A stretch of DNA of 64,000 bases from Nymphaea colorata (taxonomy: Eukaryota), in the NCBI RefSeq assembly GCF_008831285.2, contig NC_045138.2, positions 13,392,001 through 13,456,000 of the forward strand. Reading direction: 5' to 3'. The notes under the pieces were generated by a model that made no database searches, was not told where the DNA came from, and was given only the letters and a program-made list of their open reading frames with translations. Positions 49,801 through 61,543 of the stretch are shown here, in pieces. Every line of letters starts with the position of its first letter. The first letter of the stretch is position 1. Position numbers and translations under genes: made by a program.

Positions 49801-50046
49801 ATCTCCGGTCCGAAGCTCTGGATCTCCGGCAGGTGAAGGGCAAAATCAGACACAGTGAGACAGGGTGTCGCGGGCTAATGACGTCAAAAGGGCAAAACGG
49901 GGGGGAAGGGTTTTTTTAGCTTTTACGTGGGCCCTACAAATCCAAAAGGGCATTTCAGTTAAGCGTGGCTGAATCTCACTCCTTTCCCTCCATGAGAGAT
50001 ACTGAACATTCATTTCTCTGCGTCTCCTAGCCCCTCTCGAGTGAGA

Positions 50047-53000
50047 ATGCTGCTGTCCTCCCCCCTAACTCCTCTGGGAGCTTCCCACCTTCCCCTTCCC
50101 ACCCTCTCCCATCAGAAACACTGCAGGCTTGTCGTCCCCTATTTGGGATCGATCCCCCTCGTCAAGCCTTCCCTAATCCTGTGCTCCGTGAGCCTTCAGA
50201 AATCTGTGCCATCCTCCCCATCTGGCGATTCTATTTCTTCCCCAGAAAATGGAGACCCAGGCAGCGGACTGTCTCCTTCTTCTTCTTCTTCTTCCTCTTC
50301 CTTCCATCCGATCGCGACTGCGAAGAGGGTGGTCCTCGTCCGGCACGGGCAGAGCACGTGGAATGCGGAAGGACGGATACAGGGGAGCTCCGATTTCTCC
50401 GTCCTCACACTCAAGGGGGAAGCCCAGGCGGAGACCTCCCGGCAGATGCTCCTCTCCGATAATTTCGACGTTTGTTTTCATAGGTAACGGGGACTGCGCA
50501 TTGTGGTTTTTCTTTCTTTTTCCTTTGGATCGTTTCTTTTTCGATTGTCACATTCGGTTTGGGATTGCGAAATTACGTGGGTTGACACAGAATAGGGGAA
50601 TGCTTCTTGTTCTGGTAGAATTCCTAATATAAATATGTGTATAAAATATACTCTTTTCCTGCAAATTAGTAGCGTATCAACTCTTATTTCCTTCCATTAA
50701 AGTTATTCAGAAACGTGGATTTTCGCTGGTCAAAAGAAGTTGGAATGATATTCCTTTGGTCAAGAGACATTGGAAACTCTTTTACTGTTATTTCTCAGAA
50801 AGTTTGTTCTCGGTTTTCCGCCTGACAATCTTATTGATTTGAATTAGCACAGAATGCTGTCTTAAGTCAAATTCAGCGGTTAGAATTTGCAATTTGCATT
50901 GTTCGTCATTTTCATTAATTTTGTTGGGTACGTTTTCTTCATGTAGCTTACTTTTATTTTATTTCAGCCCCCTGATCAGATCTAAAAGAACTGCCGAGAT
51001 CATATGGGCCGATCGGAAGGAACAGATGATTCCAGAATACGATTTGAGGGAAATCGACCTTTATTCCTTTCAAGTTAGACATAGTCCTGAACCTTTTAAT
51101 ACTGGAAAATGTAAATTGTAACCAAAACCACATTTTTATAAGTGTATATTCCAATTTGAAGTTTCAAGCAATATTAGTCACTAATAACCGAACAATGGAA
51201 TTTTAGGGTCTCCTTAAACATGAGGGAAAAGCCAAATATGGGGACGCTTATAGGCAATGGCAGACAGATGCTGCAAATTTTAACATAGATGGTCATTACC
51301 CCGTAAGGGAATTATGGGAACGTGCTAGAAACAGCTGGAATAAAATCCTTAGGCATGATGGACATTCAATACTGGTGGTTGCTCATAATGCTGTTAATCA
51401 AGCTCTTGTCGCCACTGCGATTGGTAAAGCTTTCCCTTTTTCCTTGTTCCAAAAGCACACGAGGTTGTTTGCATCGGAGCAGCATGTGATGATTATTTTT
51501 ATTTCTGTTGAGCAGGCCTGGGAACAGAGTACTTTAGGGTCCTACTTCAGAGCAATTGTGGGGTGAGTGTTTTGGATTTCACCCCATCACCAGGAAGTGG
51601 TTCGCCTCATATTTGTCTTAACCGTTTGAATCAGGTACGTCACTAAAATTATTAACATTTGACTCAATCTTTGCCTTTGGTTGCGAAAGTTTACAATCTT
51701 CTGAGCATATTCTGTCTGTTGACTAGTTAGACCTTAGCATTTTCGTAATTTCAGTGTTGTTAGCTTTTTTTTTTTGGGGGGGGAGTCACCAATATGTACA
51801 TCCAGAAGGATACTAAAGTCATGTTTTATTACCTCTTTTGGCATTTTTATATATTTTACTTGATTGTTTTCTGATGGGATCAAGCGGAAAGTAAACAACA
51901 TGTGGAATTGAAACTTTAAGATCGATCTAGTTGTTCATTGATGTTCCTTTAAATGATCAAACAGGACTTTCTAGACCAGCTTGCTGCTCAAGATGATATG
52001 CTAACATCTTAGATAACTCTAAAGAAACTCCGAACTAGGAAGTACTAGAATGCTTGTATAGATCCCATTTTTATATGTCAATTTTGTGAATGGAGCCCAA
52101 AACTCACTTGTTACGTACAAGGCAAGGAGGGCTGCTACTATGCCTTGAAGGCAGTGAAGGACAAGCCACCTGACTGGCATCCTTCCTTGATGGAACTGTG
52201 AGAGGCTGTCTCTATTCATCAGTAAACTGATAGTGGACTGGCTAACCACTCTTGAGTGAGAAAGAGAGAGATTTCTCCAAAAGCTTATCTAGACTGTAAT
52301 TCAGAGGTAATACTGTGACAAAAGCAATTCCATTTGGATTGCAGGTGGCCTTTTTGTTGGTTTCCCATCTTTTCTGCTGCATATCATTCAAACAATCTTC
52401 AAGATTGTTTCAACTCTTATAAGCTTATGGGATTTAAGAAACACTTGTCTCTTTAGACTTTTGTTTCTTTTGCATCTGTATAAGAGACTTTGAATGTTAA
52501 TTTGTTATCTAACCTTTCTTATGTCTATGTTTTCTGCCATATGTAGATATTTGTCTAATGTCATATGGTCTATCCATGATTTTCCTCATCAGTATCAATC
52601 CGTTTATCCATGTTTTTCATCAGTAGTGTCAATTGGTGCATGATTGTTTGTGCTTGCAAAATGTCAACTCTTTAAAGTTCGAGTTATCCTGCAGACTCCA
52701 AGTTCACCTGTATCAGCTGGAAGTTCTGGGGGTAGAAGAACTAGCAATCGGATCATATTGGTGTGTCATGGTGCACTTGAAGGCATTGAGGTATGTTGAA
52801 TCACGGATGTGCCTCAGAACATACACATGCATACGTACATTTTATGTACATATATATGAAATTAAAAAACGATAAAAGGTTACTGTTCAAATTTTGACCT
52901 ACACATGTTTTCCTATGCCACTCAAGGAAACTTTAGCATTCAAATAATTGTTGAACAATGTGTCATACTAGTTGCCTCAGTTGGAACAGAGGCCTACTTG

Positions 53001-54997
53001 CTGTTTGTAGGCATGTACATGTGTGCCTGTGCATATGCACTATGCAGGTATATGTTCTGTTGTGCAAGGGGATCCTGGTTCCTGGAAAGGCTACCATATG
53101 CAGGTATATGTTCTGTTGTACAAGGGGATCCTGGTTCCTGGAAAGGCTACCATGTGCAGATACATATGTATGCGCCCAGGAAACTATACGGTACTCCTGT
53201 TCTGCCTTAGGCTGTATGTGTAGTTCCCATACATATGATAATAGCAGTGAATCCTGAGTAAAAAAGATGGCTGTAAGCGTAATTGAAGACATTCAAGTAC
53301 ATTCTTTAACACTAACTCATTTATTGTGGATGGTCATAACCAATGTTGTCATGCTTGTTTCCACCCCTATTAGCATTTTCGTTTCATCCTAACCTTAAAG
53401 ACAATTCTAAAAGTATGGGGGCAATGTCGATCATTTCCACATAGAGGGGGGTGTGTAGCAGACCGACATAATCCAAGTCCTTTGTTGAATCGGAAGTAGG
53501 CTCCGTCGACTTGCTCTTTTCCAACCATTCAAGCTGCACTTTACTTCTGGAAGATTCTGAAATTGTACCTCTTCACTAGCTATGCAAATTTTACTAGGTA
53601 ATCTACCAGTTGGCAACAGATTGGAAAATGCTTCGAGCCATATCATTTTTTCTCTTGATTAGCTGACTAAAATGGACGTGCAGGGCAGGTTTTCGTGGGA
53701 TGAACCTATGAACATGCTTGGAGTTATACAGGTAGAGAGATGGTTTCTGCCAGACTTGGTTGTTTGAGGATTTCATACCAAGGTCTTTACCGAAATTTTT
53801 CTAAATTTTCAGTCGCAAAAAACTGCAGAGCTACTTTTAGACTTGAATGTCAGTTCTGTGGCATGCAGTCCACTGACTCCTGCTGCTGATACAGCCACGA
53901 CTATTAGCAAGGTATGACGTATCCTGCTATGCTGGTTTTTATTAAATCAAGAACCCAATTTCTACCTTTACCAATATTAGATTCATTGGATGTCTTGCAA
54001 CTGCAATGTAAGCCATGTCAAGCATATTGCATATTTTTTTACATATTTATTTCAAGAGGTTGAAAACTTAGGGAAAAATTGACAGCTCCACAGGCAAGTC
54101 TAGCAAAGGCATAGCATGCCCAACTGCCAATATACTTGGATCATGGTCTGTGTCCCATGGATAGTGGACATGATGCGGATTCACTGATTGTGGCTACTTT
54201 CTTGGTTAAGCTTGGTGACTACAAGCCAAACAATCATGAAGTAGTTGTCAGAGTATCAGATGCATGAGACTGTGAAACGTTGTGCTTCCATATTAGATTG
54301 TTTGACCTGATCCTTTGCATGAAACTGAACCCTTCCCTGTAAATCATATGATATGATGAAGTGCAGGTACAAGAGGCTGCTGATTGCTTGGGTGTTGACT
54401 GTGTGCCACGTGATGTTGAGATAATGAAGATGCCAGAGCTTTTACATCTTTCTGGAAAACAAGGATTGGTAAGGAAAAGTTTGTTCTTCTGTCTACAAAG
54501 CGATGCCCGAAAAGGAAAATCCATAATACCTTGTTTGTGCTGGAATATTGGCATATGTACACTTATAATTCAGTTGCCGAATCAGCATTCTGAATTTTCA
54601 TGCTAAATATTTGATGTTGTTTCCCGAATTCCAGGATGAAAATGCAGAGAAGGATGTCCTCTGCAGCTATACGGGCAGCTCTGAATTATGGGAAAGGGCT
54701 AGGGAAGCATGGTCGTTACTACTGGAGAAACTTGCTAATTTGCCAGGGCCAGAGAAGAACTTGGTGGTGGTTAGCAATCCAGTTGTGAATGTTGGCCTGG
54801 TCGCTCACTGCCTTAATCTTCAGAAAGAGTGGCTGCCGTCTTTTCATCTTGATGAAGGTAGCGTGAGTGTGATTGATTTCCCAGATGGGCCTTCTGGCAA
54901 AGGTGTAATCCGGTGCATCAATTATACTGCCCATCTAGGAAGGTGGTCAATACCTGTAACAAGAACAACAAACATTGAAGAGGAGTTGCAGTTTTAG
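50047..54997 (+). CDS. CA1P: Probable 2-carboxy-D-arabinitol-1-phosphatase (chloroplast, histidine phosphatase/PGM family, two domains)
   Basis: Exons 50047-50483, 50968-51073, 51207-51423, 51516-51634, 52695-52790, 53684-53731, 53813-53911, 54367-54468, 54635-54997, all GT-AG and frame-consistent. S/P-rich transit peptide; KRVVLVRHGQSTWNAEGRIQGSSDFS; SPLIRSKRTAE; LVVAHNAVNQALVATAIG; VQEAADCLG; CINYTAHLGRWSIP. Confidence 0.92.
53041..53152. repeat. 56-bp tandem duplication in CA1P intron 5
   Basis: tatgcaggtatatgttctgttgt(g/a)caaggggatcctggttcctggaaaggctacca x2. Confidence 0.85.
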
Positions 54998-57900
54998 GTT
55001 TGCTTCATTTCTCATTCCTTCATGCCTCAGTTACTCAGCTGTGTAAAAAACACCAAAGATCTCCTTGGGAGGAACCTCTATAAATGCTGTGCATCAACAA
55101 CAAAAGCATACTCGTACTTACTACTTACTGAACACCTTCACCATGTGCAGGTCTCCTTGATCTTGGATCCATGCTGCATGTAGCTAAGGACTTCTAGTGG
55201 CTCCTGACTTACAGGACTATCAGCAGATTTTTGTTTATCCTAAAATTACGCCTTTTCTGGGGTCAAAGTTCACTACCACTCATTTCATTATCATCATGCT
55301 TTAATGGTTTATGCATCAACGTCAAATGGTTTCTTTACGATGACAAAGTTCACTTTGTTGATTATGTGGGTTGATCGATTTTGAAGTGCCAAGGAGTTTT
55401 GTATGGACTCCTTTGATGTTTGTTAGTTGACCATCTCTCTCAAATGCTCCAAAAGAGAAAACAAAGAACACGCAAATAGTTTTGTTTATGAGAGGTAGTA
55501 CTGTTAGTCATCAATGTTGGTAGAGGTATTGACTGCCACTGGAGTACTTTTCCTGAGACCTTTGATTTGGCGGATGAGAGACAATGAACAGTTCCAGTGA
55601 GTGAAGGAAGGAAGCTGTATTCGAGGCTTCCAGTTTGGGCATCGCCACCATGGAGGATACTGGATTCAAGGCTCCCAAAAAGGCATGGACTTAGAATTGC
55701 TTATTCTGGATGCAGAGTCTGTGTCGACCCTCCTAAAAGAAATTCTATGAATCCTTTAATTTGTAAGTGACCGACGGCAATTTGTGTTAGAATCTGGATG
55801 ATCAGTGCTTGTTATGATACATGTATCATCATCAAATGCTGCATTTTGCCATCTCGCTGTGTCTAAAGTCTGGGATCTGCAACATCTATCGAGGCCTTAT
55901 TCCTCAGCAAGGTAGTTTGAGAGATACCTGATCCTAAACGACTTAGAGATGAAATGGTCTGTGTAGCATCGAACTTGAAGGGTGAAATGAAAAATATTTT
56001 TTTGATGTATGATTCTCACCAAACACTCTAGTGCTGATAGTGGGATCAGATCGATCAGACAAAGCTTTCTCCTGTTATGTTTTTGTTAGTTATATGGTAC
56101 AGTTGCCGTGGCGAATATGATATATAACATCATTTGGTAATGCAATTACACGTCTTTGGTTGTATATGAATCAACTGGATTCTGCGGACAGCAAGGTCAA
56201 GGGTCTTTTTTGTACGAAGATCATCTTCTCTGTAATCTCTTCTGAACTTGACAAAACAAAAAACTTAATAATATATTTCTCAACCAAATATTACATGTCT
56301 GGACTTTTATTTTTCTGTTTCTGTTTCTGTTTTGCGTAAAGAAACTTGAAGAAGTGAAAAGGCCTCGTTAGCTCATGCAAGCAAAATCAATTTTCTTTAG
56401 AAGTTTTGTATGAAGAAACTTTCTGGGTGGGTTTTAAGAGAACCAAAGTTGTTTCATACGACACGTACTAGAGACCAGCTGGCACCAATAATGTTACGTT
56501 GCTACGTTAAGCATGTATTTATTACCTTAATAAGCTACCAAATTCTGCACTTCAAAAGACAGGTTCCCTAAAAGCCGAGTGAAGTTTCATCACGTTTTCC
56601 TTTTTTCACCATACAAGCGTCTCTCCTCTTGTCGGACGTTTAATCGTAAGATCGCGTTTCAAAGGTCATGTCAAATTTGGGGATGTTGGGCGATGGACTA
56701 TTGGCCTGCAGCCACGTGTCGTGGCTATCAAGATGGACGACGGATGTTGACAGGGCCAAGTTGGTGGCGTCCAGAGTGATGCTTACGCGGTTGACAAGGA
56801 GAGGAAGAAGGAGGGGACGGGAGGGGTACATTCACGTGCCGTTAAACCTCTTGCATGTGATCACGCACCCATCCAGGGCTCCACCACATTGTGAAGAATT
56901 GAACGCATACTTCCAAAGGCGATCATCTCGAATAAAACATTCTGCATTTTTTTTTTTTTTATCCTTTTCTTTCCTTTTTTTCAATCGGCATACATTATTT
57001 GGTTTGATTTGATTTGGTGCATAATTCTGTATATGAGGATATACATGACAACTGTGTGAATAATTTTACGTGGAGCTTCTGCTTTTTTCTTTCTTTTCTA
57101 GTAAAGGATAATTGGATACGTAATTCAACATGGAGCTTCCTTCATCTTTCCTTTTTTCTTTTTGTAGTGGTGGTCACTGGTCAGGGAAGAACCCATTGAT
57201 ACAAATCTTTCAGCTCTTGACTAATCAGAAACCCCACCAAACACTACTTGCTGAAAACACCTCCTCCTTTCTGCCCACATGAGGACTTTTGAGAATCCTG
57301 AATTGCCATTGCCCATATGTTTCAATCCGCAGCAATTCCCTACACTTTCTCAAGTTTCTGACCTCTTCTCCAACTTTCTGATGCATTGGGGAGAGAGAGA
57401 GAGAGAGAGAGAATATAGTAGGATATAATGATGCAGCGTGTCTTTTGGTATGTTTCCTTTGTCATCTATACTAAAAAACCAGCAGCAACGAAAGCAGGGT
57501 CCGCTGCTTTCCATATGGCTGAACCATCAATTCGACGTATGTACAAGACCAGCCGTTCATCGTGCTTTCTTTTGGAAATTGATGATGGATAAACAACTAG
57601 AAGTCAAGAAGATAATATTCGCCGTGTCGCCATATGTGTAACTTTGCATGTACAACCAATCTTACTATGACCGAGAGAGGTCGACGCGCAAGCCTAATCA
57701 GGTCGCCGACCGTCGTAGAATGTATATGAAACTCAAGGTTGGGGATTGAAAGGGTTTCTAATTCTAATTATCAAAGAGCGCTTGATCCTAGCTGTTCCCT
57801 TCTAAAAGGATTATTAATCTTTCACTTCTATTTTTGTAAGAAAAGGGACCAGAAGTGTTGGTGATGGGTGCGAACGATGGCAGTTGATATATTGATCTTT

Positions 57901-59182
57901 TGTGCATGTGAGAGGAAAGAGGGGGCCATGCCTGTAGGGAGATGGTCGCCATACCTATTTACCCATGCACCTACCTCGAAGCCTTCTTGCTGGGAGAAAA
58001 CAGCATGGGGCTGGATCGATCGAATCGCTTCGCCTCCTAAATTAAACACCTTTTCTCTAATCACCTACCACGCTTGGCGAGATGAGACGGCTTCTTTTCT
58101 CATAATTGTAGTTAACCCCAATACATATCATAGCTCAGCTGGCATATGCTTGTCGGTATACGTTATTTATGTTAAACAGATAAAATTTTCACATAGATGA
58201 TGCATGTATCTGTTCGTTACACATTTATTACCCACATGCTCTCCCTTTCTCAATCTGTCTTTCGTGTGTGTGTCTATATATAAATATATACGAAGAGAGA
58301 GGAGATTTTTATAAACCCTTTAGAAACAATTTTTTTTCTTCTTAAGAAAGCGAGCTCAAGATCAGCTCATCTCGTGACAAGTACATTAACCCATGAGGAG
58401 AAGCAGGATGTCATACAATTCAGTTTGTTTGGCTTGTCAATTATATACAAAAGTGATTACAAGTTTATGACCCCGTGGTGGCCATGTAGTCTTATCATGC
58501 CTGAAAGAAGAAGAAAGTCTCGTTACTCCGGTGTGTTTCCCCGGCCTGCTCATGCTAAAAACAAAAGAATGGAAAGAAAAAAAGGTTGGAAAATCCCACG
58601 AAAGGCATGTTGTCTCTATGCTCTAAAATTCCAACATTTTCAGACCAGCAACTCAGTCTGAAAAGTTGACAAGATATCGTCGGGAGAGAATAACTGCTCA
58701 TGACTGAGGTGGGTCGGACTGAGAAGACTGGAAGAAACAGGTATTCGTATCGGTCAGTCGACATTGATGCCAGTGTTGATGGGAGACGGCAGTTTGGATA
58801 CAGATGAGAAGAAATGGAACTTGACTTCTTCAAGTGGAAGTTCCTCCTTCATCTCATGACTGCTCACAAACGGCTGTTGTCTTCTGGGCAGAGAACAGAT
58901 TCCATTGTCAAGGAAATGAAGTCAGCTAGCCCCCGGTATTCCAAATACATGCTAACCGGACTTTGCTCAAGCTTGTTTTAAGGTTCTTGCTATACGTGAC
59001 GCCATTTGCCATTGACTTATTAAAAAATGATAGAGCTACCGAGTCTTGATTAATTTAATTTATACTTTTCTCAACTTCATAAACCAGCATTTTCCTCCTC
59101 ACTTGACTGAATTAGTTTAATGCTTGGAACGGTCTCGGTGGTTGGGAGGTTGCAGCTTCATTGATACAATGAAAATACCTTG

Positions 59183-59186
<4 letters not shown>

Positions 59187-59222
<36 letters not shown>
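59187..59222. repeat. (TA)n microsatellite
   Basis: Direct reading. Confidence 0.85.
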
Positions 59223-59225
<3 letters not shown>

Positions 59226-60616
59226 GAAAAAAATGAAAGAGTTGACGGAGAAAAATAAACAGCCAACTACTCACATTGTCGCTACCTATGTTATTCAAGA
59301 ATTTGTTATGTTAAAAACACAAGATAAAACACTCTCCTTGTTCCTTTCTTCAATACAATTTGGACTTATCTATTTGATGGGTTTGGACTCAAGTTGAATG
59401 TCAGCAGACCTTTTAACTTGTATGGCTCGTTTACAGCTCATCCTGCTGGCTCCGTGAGCACTCAGTAGGTTCAACATCAATGGCCAGCACTTTGTTTTGT
59501 TTTCTTTTTTACTTGATGACAGGAACCCATTCGCACTGTATTGGCCTCATGCCGTAGTTTCCAATTCAGAAAGGTTAAGATGAACGTACTACTGTTCGAC
59601 CCGTATTGCTATGACAGGTCAAACTTAATGGAACAACTCTACCCCCATCCACATCACATGCACCAACTAGCTGATCCTGAGGCTTACCCGTGGATATATG
59701 AACTTACCACCTCTTTGGCACCTCGGCTTGTTTGACAGTAAGCGACCTGGGGAAACCAAAATCCCCATCTCTCTTTGCTTGGATTTGCTTCCAAAATCGA
59801 GCCAAAGTGTCACAAAGAAAAGCGTCCAACAGTTGAACTGGTCAGCTCAGTGAGTCCATACAAAAGGAAAATACTTCTTAATTCTCTCACGAGAGTCTTC
59901 TGTTGATTCACTTAATTTAATAACAATTACAAAATTCCCGAACTCTAGTTCAAGCATTCTCAGGATTTAGTTATTCGAGTTTTAACAAAAAGACACACGA
60001 ATCCATTCCCATCTCACAGTGCAGGTTTTCATCCAGAACTTTAGAGCCTCTCTTTCTTTTTTCCTTCCTTTTGTTTTTGTTTGTTTTCTTTTACACAAGT
60101 GGTGAGGTACCTGTTCATTGGTACATTATTCCTTTGCCTTTTTTTTTAAAAAAAAAAAATTACAAACATGCAGTGCAGGGAACTTGTTTGCCTTGCTTGC
60201 TGGGCTGGACTTGGTGGGGGCTCTTCCAGGGTCGTTTTATAATTGTGGGCCCTAAATCATCTCTAGCCTCATCCCTGTCTTTGGGGCTGCTCTATCCTTC
60301 CTTGTGCCCTTTAGAAATATGAAAAGAACTGGCAATGACCCAAATCATACAGCATCCACCTTCCTTCCCTAATTCTCTTCAGATCCAACACCCATCAGCA
60401 GCAGACAGAAAGAAAGCTACTTGCTCCCCTTCAAATATTTGACAGGAAACAGGACTGGAATATATCAAAGTCGTTCTCTCTCTCTCGCTCGCTCTCTGCT
60501 TGCTGCTTCATTTCTATGCGAGTAGCTCGAAGACCTTTCTTGAAAACCCAAAAGCAAGCTCATCAACTAGCCATCTGTGCGATTCCTCTCTTCTCCTCTT
60601 TCTGACCACACGGAGA

Positions 60617-61543
60617 ATGCGAGATTTTGCTGCCTGCTTCAGTGAGAATGCTGTCCAGGTCTCGGAGGTGTCGTGCTCCCCCCACATCTCCTCCCCCTCC
60701 CGCTCCCCCTCCCCCTCCATCCAGAACATGGTGACCTGCTTCTACCTGACAGAGATATGCGGCCAACCACGGCTGGTAGCGGTCAGTTGGTGCAAGAATC
60801 TGATGGGTCAGGGCCTAAGCGTCAATCTCGATGATGATCCCTCGTCTAGCCATTGCGCGTGCAAGGTTGACATGAGATCCTGGTTCTTTTGGAAGAAGAG
60901 AGGGTCCAAGGCCTTCGAGGCCGGGTCTTCGACCATTGAGGTCCACTGGGACCTCTTCTCGGCCAAGTACGGGCCAGGGCCGGAGCCCATCAAGGGCTTC
61001 TTCGTCGCCGTCGTCGCCGACCGCCGGCTTGTCCTCCTGCTCGGCGACATGCCGGAGGAAGCGCGAAGCCGGACCAATTCGGCGGGTTCACTGCCTGACC
61101 CCGTTTTGGTGTCCCGCAAGGAGCACGTCTCCGGCAAGAGCCTGTACACGACCAAGGCTCAGTTTACTGGGTGCGGCCGGCCTCACGACATCGTCATCGA
61201 GTGCCGGGACCAGATCGGCGAGTTCAGGGAGCCGAGGTTGTCCGTTCGGATCGATAAGAAGATGGTGGTCCATGTCAAGAGGTTGCTGTGGAAATTCAGG
61301 GGCAACCAGACTATAGTCGTTGATGGTTTACATGTCGACATGCTGTGGGATGTCCACGATTGGTTCTTCAATCCGTCATCTGGTCATGCAGTCTTCATGT
61401 TCAAAACCAGAGAGAACAATTGCAAATCATGGACCTCAGCATCCTCTCCCTCATCTTCCTCTGCTTGCATTGTTAGCAAATTGCGTCATGAAGAACCAGA
61501 ATCCAGTTTCTCTCTCTTCATCTATGCATGGAAGAACCAGTGA
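60617..61543 (+). CDS. DUF868 family plant protein (intronless)
   Basis: MRDFAACFSENAVQVSEVSCS; QNMVTCFY; WCKNLMGQGL; FWKKRGSK; WDLFSAKYGPGPEP; VKRLLWKFRGNQTIVVDG..WDVHDWFF; FSLFIYAWK. Confidence 0.92.
   Translation: MRDFAACFSENAVQVSEVSCSPHISSPSRSPSPSIQNMVTCFYLTEICGQPRLVAVSWCKNLMGQGLSVNLDDDPSSSHCACKVDMRSWFFWKKRGSKAFEAGSSTIEVHWDLFSAKYGPGPEPIKGFFVAVVADRRLVLLLGDMPEEARSRTNSAGSLPDPVLVSRKEHVSGKSLYTTKAQFTGCGRPHDIVIECRDQIGEFREPRLSVRIDKKMVVHVKRLLWKFRGNQTIVVDGLHVDMLWDVHDWFFNPSSGHAVFMFKTRENNCKSWTSASSPSSSSACIVSKLRHEEPESSFSLFIYAWKNQ

Noticed and set aside
58802..58854. Imperfect hairpin, possible MIRNA
   Set aside because: Only ~53 nt with bulges; no match to conserved plant miRNAs I recall
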